Notes under the pieces: model-generated
Told to the model about the DNA's origin: nothing
Database searches by the model: none
What the model saw: the letters and a program-made list of their open reading frames with translations, nothing else
Assembly (NCBI GenBank): GCA_002420425.1
Contig: DIIC01000017.1
Coordinates: forward strand, 12,052 to 76,051
Direction: 5' to 3'
DNA from: Proteobacteria bacterium UBA5680
GTDB taxonomy: Bacteria > Pseudomonadota > Gammaproteobacteria > Arenicellales > UBA5680
DNA length: 64,000 nucleotides
Position numbers and translations under genes: made by a program
Shown: positions 42,441 to 52,307 of the stretch, piece after piece
Numbering within the stretch: position 1 is the first letter of the stretch
How the letters are laid out: each line of letters begins with the position of its first letter

Positions 42441-42719
42441 TTGGTAGAGATCGATCAACAGACCCGGCAGCAAATTGGCCGATTGCGATGGCGATGCAGA
42501 CGTGGAGCAAGAGAGTTGGATATTCTCTTTACCCGCTTTCTTGATACCGGTTATGCAACTCTGAATGAAGAACAGAAAGCGGCTTTTCAGGCACTTCTTA
42601 ACCAGCAGGATCCGCTGATACTTGACTGGTTTCTTGGACGTACATCTCCCGATGAATCAGCGCTAAAAGAGATGGTGGACTTGATTAAAAAATCAGCCAA
42701 AGATGTCGCATCGGGTTGA
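42441..42719 (+). CDS. sdhE: FAD assembly factor SdhE (SDHAF2 homologue; CptB antitoxin family)
   Basis: 92-aa ORF (TTG start) with RLRWRCRRGARELD (RGxxE motif) and DQDPLILDW, typical of SdhE/YgfY. Confidence 0.9.
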   Translation: MVEIDQQTRQQIGRLRWRCRRGARELDILFTRFLDTGYATLNEEQKAAFQALLNQQDPLILDWFLGRTSPDESALKEMVDLIKKSAKDVASG

Positions 42720-43107
42720 GATAGGCAGATCCAGGTTTCTCTGGTCTCTCCTTGTCCTGGTGCACGTACTATCGGCCCTGGTGGTTGTTAATCTTCTCAA
42801 TGACCCAATTTTGAAATTGCCTCTTCTGATCTTTATTTTTATTCATGGGGTCTTTTCTGCAAAACGTTGTGGGTATTTTAATGGCCCTAAATCAGTGACC
42901 TGCCTTCAGGAGCTCGAAGGTGGAAACTGGAAACTTGGACGGGAGGGGGGAGGGCACCACTCGATCGGCCGAGTATTATGGTATTTTTCAGCTACCCGTC
43001 TTCTTATCCTAAGGTTTAGTGCAGATCGAAGAGAGACCCTTGTTCTGACATCAGAAGGCCAGGGTAGTGAGACATTGAGACGCTTGCGCCTAAGACTTAT
43101 CGATTAA
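42703..43107 (+). CDS. ygfX: YgfX/CptA-like inner membrane protein
   Basis: 134-aa ORF overlapping the sdhE 3' end. It has two N-terminal TM helices and a soluble C-part ending TLRRLRLRL, with the same size, topology and position as E. coli ygfX downstream of sdhE. Sequence similarity judged by eye only. Confidence 0.6.
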   Translation: MSHRVEIGRSRFLWSLLVLVHVLSALVVVNLLNDPILKLPLLIFIFIHGVFSAKRCGYFNGPKSVTCLQELEGGNWKLGREGGGHHSIGRVLWYFSATRLLILRFSADRRETLVLTSEGQGSETLRRLRLRLID

Positions 43108-44723
43108 GGATTGGGTGAGAGGATGGTGTCACCCGGTTGGGTTTGGTTGTCAGGTTCAGGATAATCGAGAGTGTAATGGAGCCCCCGGCTCTCTTTCCTC
43201 ATTTGCGCGCAGCGAACAATAAGTTCTGCCACCAGTGTCAGATTGCGCAACTCAATCAAATCATTAGTGACTCTGAAATGGGAGTAGTACTCAAGTATCT
43301 CTTCATTTAGAAGGGCTATTCTGTGAGCGGCTCGCTCCAGTCGTTTGGTGGTCCTGACAATACCGACATAGTCCCACATAAATCGTCTAAGTTCATCCCA
43401 GTTATGGGAGACAACAATTCTCTCATCGGCGTCAGTAACGCGACTCTCATCCCAGCTGGGCAACACTGGGTCTGGAAGGGTTGAGGAGCCGTTTCGCTGA
43501 AGAATGGCTTCACTGGTGGCGCTGGCATAGACAAGACATTCGAGTAGTGAGTTGCTGGCCAGACGATTGGCCCCATGGAGCCCGGTAAAGCTGCATTCTC
43601 CTAACGTATAGAGCCCTTCCAGATCAGTGGAGCCGTCCTTGTTGGTCACTATTCCTCCGCAGGTGTAGTGGGCAGCCGGGACAACAGGCAGGGGTTCTGT
43701 GGCCATATCAAACCCAAAATCAAGGCATTTTTGGTGGATGGTCGGAAAATGATCTTTGATAAATGAAGTAGACCGATGGCTGATGTCAAGATAGACACAA
43801 TCAACTCCCCGTCGTTTCATCTCATAATCAATTGCTCGGGCAACAATGTCACGGGGAGCAAGTTCACCACGCTGATCATGATTTAACATGAATGGACTGC
43901 CATCAGGGAGTAGTAGTCGGCCACCCTCACCACGGACGGCTTCTGAGATCAGAAATGATTTGGCTTGTGGGTGGTAGAGACAGGTCGGATGAAATTGAAT
44001 GAACTCAAGATTGCCGACCCTGCAGCCGGCTCTCCAGGCCATGGCAATGCCATCTCCGGTTGAGGTATCGGGATTGCTGGTGTAGAGATAGGCTTTTGCC
44101 GCTCCACCTGTAGCAAGAGCAATATGACGTGCCGGCAGGGTGATTACCTTGCCTGAATGACGATCAAGCACATAGATGCCGTGCACCCGATTTTTACCCT
44201 TGATGTTCAAATGGTGAGAGGTAATGATGTCAATCGCAAGGTGGTTTTCAAGCAGTGTTATTTTGGGGTGTGATCGTAATTGTGATTCAAGGGTTAACTC
44301 GATGGCTCTTCCTGTTGCATCTGCAGAATGGATCACGCGTCGGTGACTATGGCCCCCCTCGCGAGTTAGGTGGAAAGGGCTCTCTTCAACAGATTCAGCT
44401 TGACTGAAAGAGACGCCTACATTCAACAGCCAGTCGATAGAAGCCGGCCCTTGCCGGACAACTCGGTCAACCGTCTCGCGGTGGCAAATCCCTGCGCCAG
44501 CAATCAGCGTATCTTCAATATGAGATTCGAAGGTATCATTTTCAGCCAGAACTGCTGCTATTCCCCCTTGGGCGTATAGGCTTGAACCTTCAGTAAGAGC
44601 CTGTTTTGAGAGCACGACAACCTCTTTTCCACTTTTTGCCAGACGCAGAGCCAGGCTGAGGCCGGCAAGGCCTCCTCCAACGACAATAACTTCAGGTATT
44701 TGTGTGATCGCCATCACATTCAC
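43104..44723 (-). CDS. nadB: L-aspartate oxidase
   Basis: 539-aa ORF with [22 protein letters not shown] and [12 protein letters not shown]. Divergent from rpoE, as in E. coli. Confidence 0.95.
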   Translation of the reverse strand: MNVMAITQIPEVIVVGGGLAGLSLALRLAKSGKEVVVLSKQALTEGSSLYAQGGIAAVLAENDTFESHIEDTLIAGAGICHRETVDRVVRQGPASIDWLLNVGVSFSQAESVEESPFHLTREGGHSHRRVIHSADATGRAIELTLESQLRSHPKITLLENHLAIDIITSHHLNIKGKNRVHGIYVLDRHSGKVITLPARHIALATGGAAKAYLYTSNPDTSTGDGIAMAWRAGCRVGNLEFIQFHPTCLYHPQAKSFLISEAVRGEGGRLLLPDGSPFMLNHDQRGELAPRDIVARAIDYEMKRRGVDCVYLDISHRSTSFIKDHFPTIHQKCLDFGFDMATEPLPVVPAAHYTCGGIVTNKDGSTDLEGLYTLGECSFTGLHGANRLASNSLLECLVYASATSEAILQRNGSSTLPDPVLPSWDESRVTDADERIVVSHNWDELRRFMWDYVGIVRTTKRLERAAHRIALLNEEILEYYSHFRVTNDLIELRNLTLVAELIVRCAQMRKESRGLHYTLDYPEPDNQTQPGDTILSPNP

Positions 44724-44904
44724 AACAGGATAATCAGAAAGCTAAAGGTACCATAGTGTACTCACTGATCTATAGTCGATTAGTGAGAGACGGGAGGGTC
44801 TGAATCTGTTTTTGCTGATCCAGACTGCTGCCGATTCCGACAACAATGGCATCATGCCCGGTGGCCAGCATGTGGTCTGGCGACTGCAATCAGAAGGAAA
44901 TGAC

Positions 44905-45483
44905 ATGGATCGTCAAATTGAAGATGGTGAACTTGTAGCTAGAGTGCTTTGTGGTGATGACAGTGCATTCGATATTTTGGTAGGCCGTTATCGATGTCGG
45001 CTGATTTCAGTCGTATCAAGGCTGGTTAAAGACCACGGGGAGGCCGAGGATGTGGTTCAGGAGGCATTTGTTAAGGCCTATCGAGCATTGCCTCGGTTTC
45101 GGGGTGAGAGTCAGTTTTATACCTGGATCTATCGCATAGCAATTAATACTGCCAAAAACAGTCTTGCATCCGCGGCACGCCGACCCCACTTTTCCACTAT
45201 CGATCTTGATGGAATTCTCCCACAGGTGGAGGGCGCCCTGTTTGGCAGTGCACCACTCTCACCTGAAGAGTTCGTGCGGGGTGGAGAGTTGGCGAGCCAG
45301 GCGGCTCAGGTAATGTCAACTCTGCCGTCAGAACTCCAGGATGTGATAACAATGAGAGAGTTCGAAGGGTTGAGCTACAAAGAGATTGCCGAAGAGATGG
45401 CATGTCCTGTCGGCACAGTCCGATCACGACTCTTTCGGGCTAGACAGACCGTAGAGAAAAAGATTCTGCCTCTGTTGCAATAG
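44905..45483 (+). CDS. rpoE: ECF sigma factor RpoE (sigma-24 / AlgU type)
   Basis: 192 aa from ATG 44905 (AAGGA SD upstream; the ORF opens at 44812). Collinear by eye with E. coli RpoE: VVQEAFVKAYRAL..FRGES.FYTWIYRIAINTAKN, GLSYKEIAEEMACPVGTVRSRLFRAR. Confidence 0.9.
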   Translation: MDRQIEDGELVARVLCGDDSAFDILVGRYRCRLISVVSRLVKDHGEAEDVVQEAFVKAYRALPRFRGESQFYTWIYRIAINTAKNSLASAARRPHFSTIDLDGILPQVEGALFGSAPLSPEEFVRGGELASQAAQVMSTLPSELQDVITMREFEGLSYKEIAEEMACPVGTVRSRLFRARQTVEKKILPLLQ

Positions 45484-45689
45484 AAATTCCGGGGAGAATC
45501 GGCTAAATTACTCATCCAGTGGCTGGGTCTCCACTTCAAGGTGGAATGAAGTGGCTCTCTCCTGATCAGGATTACCCTAATTTGAAGAGACCTTACTCCA
45601 ACGGGCAGAGGTTGAGCTCAATGATGAGAAGCCCCTAACTTATAGAAATACAATTAACTAAAATAAAAAAGACGGAGAAACAAAAGATA

Positions 45690-47108
45690 ATGAGTGAATA
45701 TTTAAGCAGAATATTAAGAATATCGGTGTTCTCGGTTACTGCTGTCATTCTCTTTCCCCTCGGTGTGGCTCAGGCAGAGGCCCTTCCCGATTTTGTCTCT
45801 CTGGTTAAAGAGCAGGGGCCTGCAGTGGTCAATATCAGTGTTGAAATATCGGACCATTCCAAAAACACCGAGGCCCCAGCACTGCCTATGCCTGATTTTG
45901 ATGAAGACGATCCAACGGGTGAATTGTTTCGAAAGTTTTTTGAGCAGATGCCAAGGCAAAACCTTCCCGAAACAGGCTCTCTTGGCTCGGGTTTTGTCAT
46001 CTCCAGAGACGGCTTCATTCTGACCAATGCCCATGTTATCTCAAAGGCGGATCGGGTATTGGTCACGTTCACCGATCGCCGGGAATTTGAAGCCACGATT
46101 GTCGGCTCAGATAATCGCAGTGATGTTGCTCTTTTGAAGATTGAGGCTAACGATTTGCCTGTTGTCAGACTGGGTGATTCGGAAAGTGTTCAGGTAGGTG
46201 AGTGGATTCTTGCGATTGGTTCGCCTTTCGGTTTTGAGAATTCTGCCGCTTCCGGCATTGTCTCAGGTTTGGGCAGAAGCCTGCCCAATGAAACTTATGT
46301 TCCCTTCATCCAGACTGATGCGCCGATCAATCCGGGTAACTCAGGAGGGCCACTGTTTAACATGAATGGTGAAGTGATTGGGGTCAACTCTCAGATCTAT
46401 ACCCGTACAGGCGGGTCCATGGGGCTCTCATTTGCCATACCGATTAATGTGGCAATGAGGGTTGTGGATCAGCTTAAGTCCAAGGGCAGGGTTTCGCGAG
46501 GATGGTTGGGAGTCGGTATTCAGGACGTTACCCAGGACCTCGCTGAGTCTTTCGGGATGAAACGCCCAAGAGGTGCTTTGGTCACTGAAGTTTTGGAAGG
46601 AAGTCCGGCCAGTCATGGTGGCATCGCACCAGGCGATGTAATAACCCTTTTTGACAGCATTGAAATTGACCGGATGTCCGATCTCCCTCCTGTGGTCGGC
46701 AGTACTCCTGTGGGCAGTGAGGTTGATATAGAAGTTATTCGTAAGGGTCATTCACTTACATTGAAAATCACGATCGGCGAGCTCGATGATGGTGTGGTTA
46801 TGGCTCCTTCAGAGGATGCTTCTTCTCCTGAGGATGGGTTGATCCTGGGAATGAATTTGACGCCATTAACCAATGAGTTAAAAGACGAGTCAAATCTCAA
46901 CAATGGATTGCTGGTTGGAGAAGTTGGAGAAGGAGCCGGTTTGAGGGCAGGGATCAAACAGGGTGATATTCTCATCCAGGCGGGCGGTGTTGTGTTGAGA
47001 GACCTTCACTCGCTCTCCGAGATTATTGATCAGACACCTGAAGGAAAGTCCCTTGCAGTTCTCATTCGAAGAGGTGGAAGTTCGCTCTTTATTGCAATAA
47101 AACCGTAA
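45690..47108 (+). CDS. degP: Periplasmic serine endoprotease DegP/MucD family
   Basis: 472-aa ORF with a signal peptide, LPDFVSLVKEQGPAVVNIS, catalytic triad contexts TNAHV, DVALLKI and GNSGGPLF, and two PDZ domains. Confidence 0.9.
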   Translation: MSEYLSRILRISVFSVTAVILFPLGVAQAEALPDFVSLVKEQGPAVVNISVEISDHSKNTEAPALPMPDFDEDDPTGELFRKFFEQMPRQNLPETGSLGSGFVISRDGFILTNAHVISKADRVLVTFTDRREFEATIVGSDNRSDVALLKIEANDLPVVRLGDSESVQVGEWILAIGSPFGFENSAASGIVSGLGRSLPNETYVPFIQTDAPINPGNSGGPLFNMNGEVIGVNSQIYTRTGGSMGLSFAIPINVAMRVVDQLKSKGRVSRGWLGVGIQDVTQDLAESFGMKRPRGALVTEVLEGSPASHGGIAPGDVITLFDSIEIDRMSDLPPVVGSTPVGSEVDIEVIRKGHSLTLKITIGELDDGVVMAPSEDASSPEDGLILGMNLTPLTNELKDESNLNNGLLVGEVGEGAGLRAGIKQGDILIQAGGVVLRDLHSLSEIIDQTPEGKSLAVLIRRGGSSLFIAIKP

Positions 47109-47382
47109 CAGAGATTCCATCGTTCGCTATAGGTGGCAGAGATAGTGCGCCCTTGGCACTATTCTTTGGTGATGTTGTGGTTCTGTTCTTAGTAAAATCC
47201 CCCTCTCAAGTAGAAATAAACCGGTTCAAGCTGGGAGTAGAACAGAGTATGATAGCGCTCCATCATCCGCAGCCTGAATAACGCCAGAGCCATATCCGGC
47301 ATTACGCTTCGATCTTCTTTATCACGACAGCTCCATCAGTCAATACTCATACTTCTGATTATTTTATTTTTCACTAAAACAG

Positions 47383-49194
47383 ATGGAAGGATACCAACAG
47401 AACCATATTCGCAACTTTGCGATCATTGCTCACATTGATCATGGTAAGTCGACCCTGGCAGATCGTTTTATCCAGATCTGTGGTGGATTACCTGATCGAG
47501 AGATGGCCTCACAGGTTCTTGATTCGATGGATCTGGAGCGTGAGAGAGGGATTACGATCAAGGCACAAAGTGTCTCCCTCAATTACAAAGCTTCTGATGG
47601 CCAGTTTTATCAGCTGAATATGATAGACACACCGGGGCATGTCGATTTTTCTTATGAGGTCTCTCGCTCTCTGACAGCTTGCGAAGGGGCGATATTGATT
47701 GTCGATGCTGCTCAGGGTGTTGAGGCACAGACTGTTGCAAACTGTTATACCGCTATTGATCTTGGTTTGGAGGTTGTTCCTGTTCTCAATAAAATAGATC
47801 TCCCTGCAGCAGAACCGGATCGGGTAACCGAAGAGATTGAAGATGTGATTGGGATTGATGCAACAGAAGCCCTTCCAATCAGCGCAAAAACAGGAGAGGG
47901 CGTTATTGCTGTTCTGGAGGCATTGATTAAACGAATTCCACCTCCTCATGGTGATCAGGAAAAGCGGCTCAAGGCCTTAATACTCGACTCCTGGTTTGAT
48001 AACTATCTGGGCACCATCTCTTTGGTCAGGGTGATCGAGGGAGCTGTCAGAAAAAAAATGAAAATCCGGATGATGGCAACTGGAAATGAGCACATGGTTG
48101 ATGAGGTTGGTGTCTATACGCCAAAACGCAAATCGGTAGATGAACTCGCACCCGGTGATGTGGGCTATGTTATTGCCGGGGTAAAAGATGTAAAAAGTGC
48201 CCGCGTTGGTGACACCATCACCAATGCCAGAAAACCGGCCTCCCAGCCACTTGATGGCTTCAGGGAGATCAAGCCACCCGTTTTTGCCGGTCTCTACCCT
48301 GTGAACAGTGCAGATTATGAAGAGCTGCGGGATGCGCTGGATAAACTGAGCCTGAATGATGCCTCTTTGCGATATGAGCCTGAAACATCGACGGCATTGG
48401 GTTTTGGCTTTCGATGCGGCTTTCTCGGGATGTTGCACCTGGAGATCATACAGGAGCGTCTCGAACGGGAATACGGCATTGATCTGATCACTACGGCACC
48501 AACGGTTCTTTATGAGGTCGTGCTCACTGATGGCAGTCGGGTAACCATAGATAACCCGGCCCAATTGCCGGGCTCTGGACGTGTTGAGGTGGTGAGAGAA
48601 CCTATTATTGAAGTCACTATTTTGCTTCCTCAGGAGTATGTTGGTCCAGTTCTCGAATTATGTATCAAGAAAAGGGGGATTCAGCGCGATATGAGCTACC
48701 ATGGAAGGCAGGTGGTGATGCGTTTTGAACTGCCCCTGAATGAAGTGGTTCTGGATTTCTTCGATCAGCTCAAATCTGTCAGCCGAGGTTATGCGTCACT
48801 TGATTATGAGTTTCTTGAACATCGGGATTCAGATATGGTTAGAGTAGATGTGCTGATCAATGGGGACCGGGTTGATCCTCTTGCAATTCTGGTTCACCGT
48901 GATCAAAGTCTCTATCGGGGGCGGGAGCTGGTGAAGAAAATGCGGCAACTTATTCCTCGCCAGATGTTTGATGTGGCCATCCAGGCCGCAATTGGTTCTC
49001 GTGTAATTGCCAGAGAGTCAGTAAAAGCATTAAGAAAAAATGTCACAGCAAAATGTTATGGCGGTGATATCACACGAAAACGAAAACTGCTTGAAAAACA
49101 GAAGGAAGGTAAAAAACGAATGAAACAGATCGGTTCAGTTCAAATTCCCCAGGAAGCATTTCTGGCGGTGCTTCGTGTTGGGGGAGATCAATAA
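47383..49194 (+). CDS. lepA: Elongation factor 4 (LepA)
   Basis: 603-aa ORF with [32 protein letters not shown] and the LepA C-terminal domain. Confidence 0.97.
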   Translation: MEGYQQNHIRNFAIIAHIDHGKSTLADRFIQICGGLPDREMASQVLDSMDLERERGITIKAQSVSLNYKASDGQFYQLNMIDTPGHVDFSYEVSRSLTACEGAILIVDAAQGVEAQTVANCYTAIDLGLEVVPVLNKIDLPAAEPDRVTEEIEDVIGIDATEALPISAKTGEGVIAVLEALIKRIPPPHGDQEKRLKALILDSWFDNYLGTISLVRVIEGAVRKKMKIRMMATGNEHMVDEVGVYTPKRKSVDELAPGDVGYVIAGVKDVKSARVGDTITNARKPASQPLDGFREIKPPVFAGLYPVNSADYEELRDALDKLSLNDASLRYEPETSTALGFGFRCGFLGMLHLEIIQERLEREYGIDLITTAPTVLYEVVLTDGSRVTIDNPAQLPGSGRVEVVREPIIEVTILLPQEYVGPVLELCIKKRGIQRDMSYHGRQVVMRFELPLNEVVLDFFDQLKSVSRGYASLDYEFLEHRDSDMVRVDVLINGDRVDPLAILVHRDQSLYRGRELVKKMRQLIPRQMFDVAIQAAIGSRVIARESVKALRKNVTAKCYGGDITRKRKLLEKQKEGKKRMKQIGSVQIPQEAFLAVLRVGGDQ

Positions 49195-49967
49195 TGGATT
49201 TTTCCGTCTGGTTGTTTGGCGCGGCAGTGGTTACCGGGGTTATCACCCTTTGGGATGTATTGTGGGGAAGAAAAGGAAGAGAGGCCAAAGGACGACAGCA
49301 TGAACCCGTGTTGGTGGCCTATGGGAAAGCCTTTTTTCCGGTTATCCTGATTGTCTTCTGTCTGCGATCATTCCTGGTTGAGCCTTTTCGCATTCCATCG
49401 GGTTCAATGTTGCCGACCCTTAACATTGGGGATTTCATTCTGGTCAACAAGTTCGATTACGGCCTCCGTCTTCCCATTTTGAATAAAAAGCTGGTTGAAT
49501 TGGATAGCCCTCAACGGGGAGAAGTGATGGTTTTTCGTTTTCCTCAAGATCCTTCTGTCCACTTCATCAAACGCATTGTCGGCCTGCCTGGTGATGAGAT
49601 TCTTATTCGGAACAAGAGATTGATCATTAACGGCGAGCCCGTTCCGCTCATTCCTGACGGTCGTTATACCTATGAAGAGAAGAGCAAGAATGGAAAAGAG
49701 ACAGACCGATTTCTGGAAACGCTTGGAGAACATGATCATGATGTAGTCATGGATCTCTCCTCAAGAGCTGTAAATCAGCGCATCGTTGTCCCTGAAGGCA
49801 ACTACTTTCTGATGGGGGATAATCGTGATCATAGTAATGACAGTCGTTACTGGGGTTTTGTGCCTGATGAGAATGTAGTGGGAAGAGCCTTCTTTATATG
49901 GTTTAGCTGGGACTCTTTGAATGGTGGAGGGGTCAACTGGAGTAGAATTGGTCAATCCATTCGATAG
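49194..49967 (+). CDS. lepB: Signal peptidase I
   Basis: 257-aa ORF with the catalytic Ser context IPSGSMLPTL, the Lys box KRIVGLPGD and GDNRDHSNDSRYWGFVP. The ATG overlaps the lepA stop. Confidence 0.92.
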   Translation: MDFSVWLFGAAVVTGVITLWDVLWGRKGREAKGRQHEPVLVAYGKAFFPVILIVFCLRSFLVEPFRIPSGSMLPTLNIGDFILVNKFDYGLRLPILNKKLVELDSPQRGEVMVFRFPQDPSVHFIKRIVGLPGDEILIRNKRLIINGEPVPLIPDGRYTYEEKSKNGKETDRFLETLGEHDHDVVMDLSSRAVNQRIVVPEGNYFLMGDNRDHSNDSRYWGFVPDENVVGRAFFIWFSWDSLNGGGVNWSRIGQSIR

Positions 49968-49976
49968 GATTAACGA

Positions 49977-50663
49977 ATGATTGTTCCGGATCTTGGAATT
50001 CTGGAGCGCGCACTTGGTTATTCTTTTGGCGATCGAGCGCTATTGGAGCAGGCACTGACCCACAGGAGTTCAGGTCAGAAGAACAATGAACGCCTTGAGT
50101 TTCTTGGCGACAGTATTGTCAATTTGTTTATCGCTGAATCTCTCTATCATCAGTTCCCCGAGTGTAATGAAGGGGAGTTGACCCTGGCTCGGTCTGAGTT
50201 GGTATGTGGAAAGACACTGGCTGGCCTTGCTCGAAGTATCGAACTCAAACATCATCTTCGATTAGGATCAGGTGAGCTCAAAAGTGGCGGCAGTGATCGT
50301 GATTCAATCCTGGCAGATGCCTTTGAGGCTATTCTGGGCGCCATCTACCTTGACGGTGGGAGTGAGGCTGTCTTTGGCTGTGCTCATCGACTCTATCAAC
50401 AGCTTTTGGCCGGGATCGACCCTGCCAACCAACAGCGTGACCCCAAAAGTCAACTTCAGGAGGTGCTCCAGAGTCGTGGCGAACCTCTTCCTGAGTATCG
50501 TGTCATAACAATCACAGGGGAGCCCCATCGCCAACATTTTATTGTTGAGTGTTATCTCAGAGGTATTGACTCTTCCGTTAGGGGGGAGGGAGGTAGTCGA
50601 CGTGATGCAGAAAAGAGAGCCGCTTCCCGGTTACTTGCCCAGCTTGGAGTGACTGATGGCTGA
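49977..50663 (+). CDS. rnc: Ribonuclease III
   Basis: 228-aa ORF with the NERLEFLGDS signature, DAFEAILGAIYLD and a C-terminal dsRBD. Confidence 0.95.
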   Translation: MIVPDLGILERALGYSFGDRALLEQALTHRSSGQKNNERLEFLGDSIVNLFIAESLYHQFPECNEGELTLARSELVCGKTLAGLARSIELKHHLRLGSGELKSGGSDRDSILADAFEAILGAIYLDGGSEAVFGCAHRLYQQLLAGIDPANQQRDPKSQLQEVLQSRGEPLPEYRVITITGEPHRQHFIVECYLRGIDSSVRGEGGSRRDAEKRAASRLLAQLGVTDG

Positions 50664-51549
50664 GTCACATCGCTTTGGGTTTGTAACCATTCTGGGACGA
50701 CCCAATGTGGGCAAGTCAACCCTCATTAATCAATTCATTGGGAAGAAGATCAGCATCATCTCTTCCAAGCCGCAGACGACCCGTCACCGAATTTTAGGAA
50801 TCCGTACTTCTGAACAGGCCCAAACCGTCTTTATTGACACCCCTGGGGTGCATCAAAATCAAAAGAGCTACCTTAACAAGATTATTAATCGAACAGCTTC
50901 ATCCAGCCTGGAAGGAGTGGATCTTGTTCTCTTTATGGTGACAGCTGATGGCTGGCGGGAAGCCGATGAGACGGCATTCCAACTGGTTAAAAGAGATGAT
51001 CTGAAAGTAATCGTAGTCATCAATAAGATTGACCGACTGGATGACAAGAATAAGCTGCTCCCTCTGATTGAAAGAATAAGCCAATCCGGAGAGATCGAAG
51101 CTGTAATTCCAATCTCGGCGTTACGCCGGAAAGGTGTAAAAGAGTTGATGGGGTATATTGAGCGCCACCTCCCGGAGGGGTTGCCCGGTTTTCCAAAAGA
51201 TCAGGTAACCGATCGAAGTCCGGAGTTTATGGCAGCAGAGCTGGTCAGAGAGCAGCTCTTTCGTCGGCTTGGCCAAGAATTGCCCTATGTTTGTGCCGTT
51301 GAGATTGAATCATTTGCCAAGGAGAAACACCGCCTGAATATTCACGCGGTAATCTGGGTTGAGAAACCAGGTCATAAGGCCATTGTGCTGGGCAAAAATG
51401 GAAGCTCAATTCGTGAAATAGGTAAAAAGGCAAGAGAGGGGATGATCAAGATGTATAATTCCCCGGTCTATCTTGGCCTCTTCGTGAAGGTTCGAGAGGG
51501 GTGGTCTGAAAACCCCAGAGTGATGAAAACACTAGGCTATATTGATTAA
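50656..51549 (+). CDS. era: GTPase Era
   Basis: 297-aa ORF with GRPNVGKSTL, DTPG, NKID and a C-terminal KH domain. It overlaps the rnc stop. Confidence 0.95.
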   Translation: MAESHRFGFVTILGRPNVGKSTLINQFIGKKISIISSKPQTTRHRILGIRTSEQAQTVFIDTPGVHQNQKSYLNKIINRTASSSLEGVDLVLFMVTADGWREADETAFQLVKRDDLKVIVVINKIDRLDDKNKLLPLIERISQSGEIEAVIPISALRRKGVKELMGYIERHLPEGLPGFPKDQVTDRSPEFMAAELVREQLFRRLGQELPYVCAVEIESFAKEKHRLNIHAVIWVEKPGHKAIVLGKNGSSIREIGKKAREGMIKMYNSPVYLGLFVKVREGWSENPRVMKTLGYID

Positions 51550-51554
51550 TAAAG

Positions 51555-52307
51555 ATGGTCAAAAGGGTTCAACAGGAAGCTGCATTTGTTCTGCATCGTC
51601 GCCCATTTTCAGAATCCAGTCTACTGGTTGATCTTTTTTCCAGTTCTTATGGAAGGTTGGTGGTTATTGCAAAAGGTGCCCGGCGTCTCAAGTCAAAGCA
51701 CCGGGGCCTGCTCCACCCTTTCTCCCCATTGTTGGTGAGTTGGGCTGGCAAGGGACAGCTACCAACGTTAACTGCTGCCGAAATATCAGGCCTGACTCAT
51801 CCTCTGGCGGGTGAATCACTGATGTGCGGTTTTTATCTTAATGAACTGGTTGTTCGACTTCTGCATCGCGATGACCCACACCAAGCCCTTTTTACAGCTT
51901 ACAGGGAGACTATCGAGAGGTTGTCAACGAGTGATGACAATGAATTATCATTACGACGGTTTGAGATCACCCTGTTACGTGAGCTAGGATACGGTCTTGT
52001 CCTTGATGCTGAAGCAGGCAGTGGCGATCCACTGGATCCAGATCAGTTGTATGACTATATTCCCGGGCACGGTCCCCGGGTAATATCAGATCCTGAAAAA
52101 GGCACTATTGTTGTCCACGGAGCCACACTGCTTGCAATGGATAAAGCCGATTTTTTTGACTCTAAGACCATGATAGAGGGGAAGCGGTTGCTCAGAGAGA
52201 TGATTGACCGACATTTGGAAGGACGCCCTTTTCACAGTCGCCGGCTTTTCCATGATGTGTATAGGAAAAATGATCGAAAAGCGGCAACCAAAGGAGAAAG
52301 AAGTTGA
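51555..52307 (+). CDS. recO: DNA repair protein RecO
   Basis: 250-aa ORF, collinear by eye with E. coli RecO at the N-terminus (AFVLHRRPFSESSLLVDLF...GRLVVIAKGARR). era-recO-pdxJ order. Confidence 0.88.
   Translation: MVKRVQQEAAFVLHRRPFSESSLLVDLFSSSYGRLVVIAKGARRLKSKHRGLLHPFSPLLVSWAGKGQLPTLTAAEISGLTHPLAGESLMCGFYLNELVVRLLHRDDPHQALFTAYRETIERLSTSDDNELSLRRFEITLLRELGYGLVLDAEAGSGDPLDPDQLYDYIPGHGPRVISDPEKGTIVVHGATLLAMDKADFFDSKTMIEGKRLLREMIDRHLEGRPFHSRRLFHDVYRKNDRKAATKGERS

Noticed and set aside
45546-45638. 30-codon ORF (MKWLSPDQDYPNLKRPYSNGQRLSSMMRSP) in the rpoE-degP gap, considered as a mini anti-sigma factor.
   Set aside because: It has no TM segment and no RseA/MucA-like or zinc-anti-sigma motif. 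The only SD-like sequence (AAGGTGG) abuts the ATG with essentially no spacing.
44724-45689. Searched upstream of rpoE and degP for a sigma-E type promoter (GGAACTT-N16-TCAAA/TCTGA).
   Set aside because: I found only isolated pieces with wrong spacing or partners: TCTGA at about 44795, and GACCTT ... TCAAT 23 nt apart. No supportable call.
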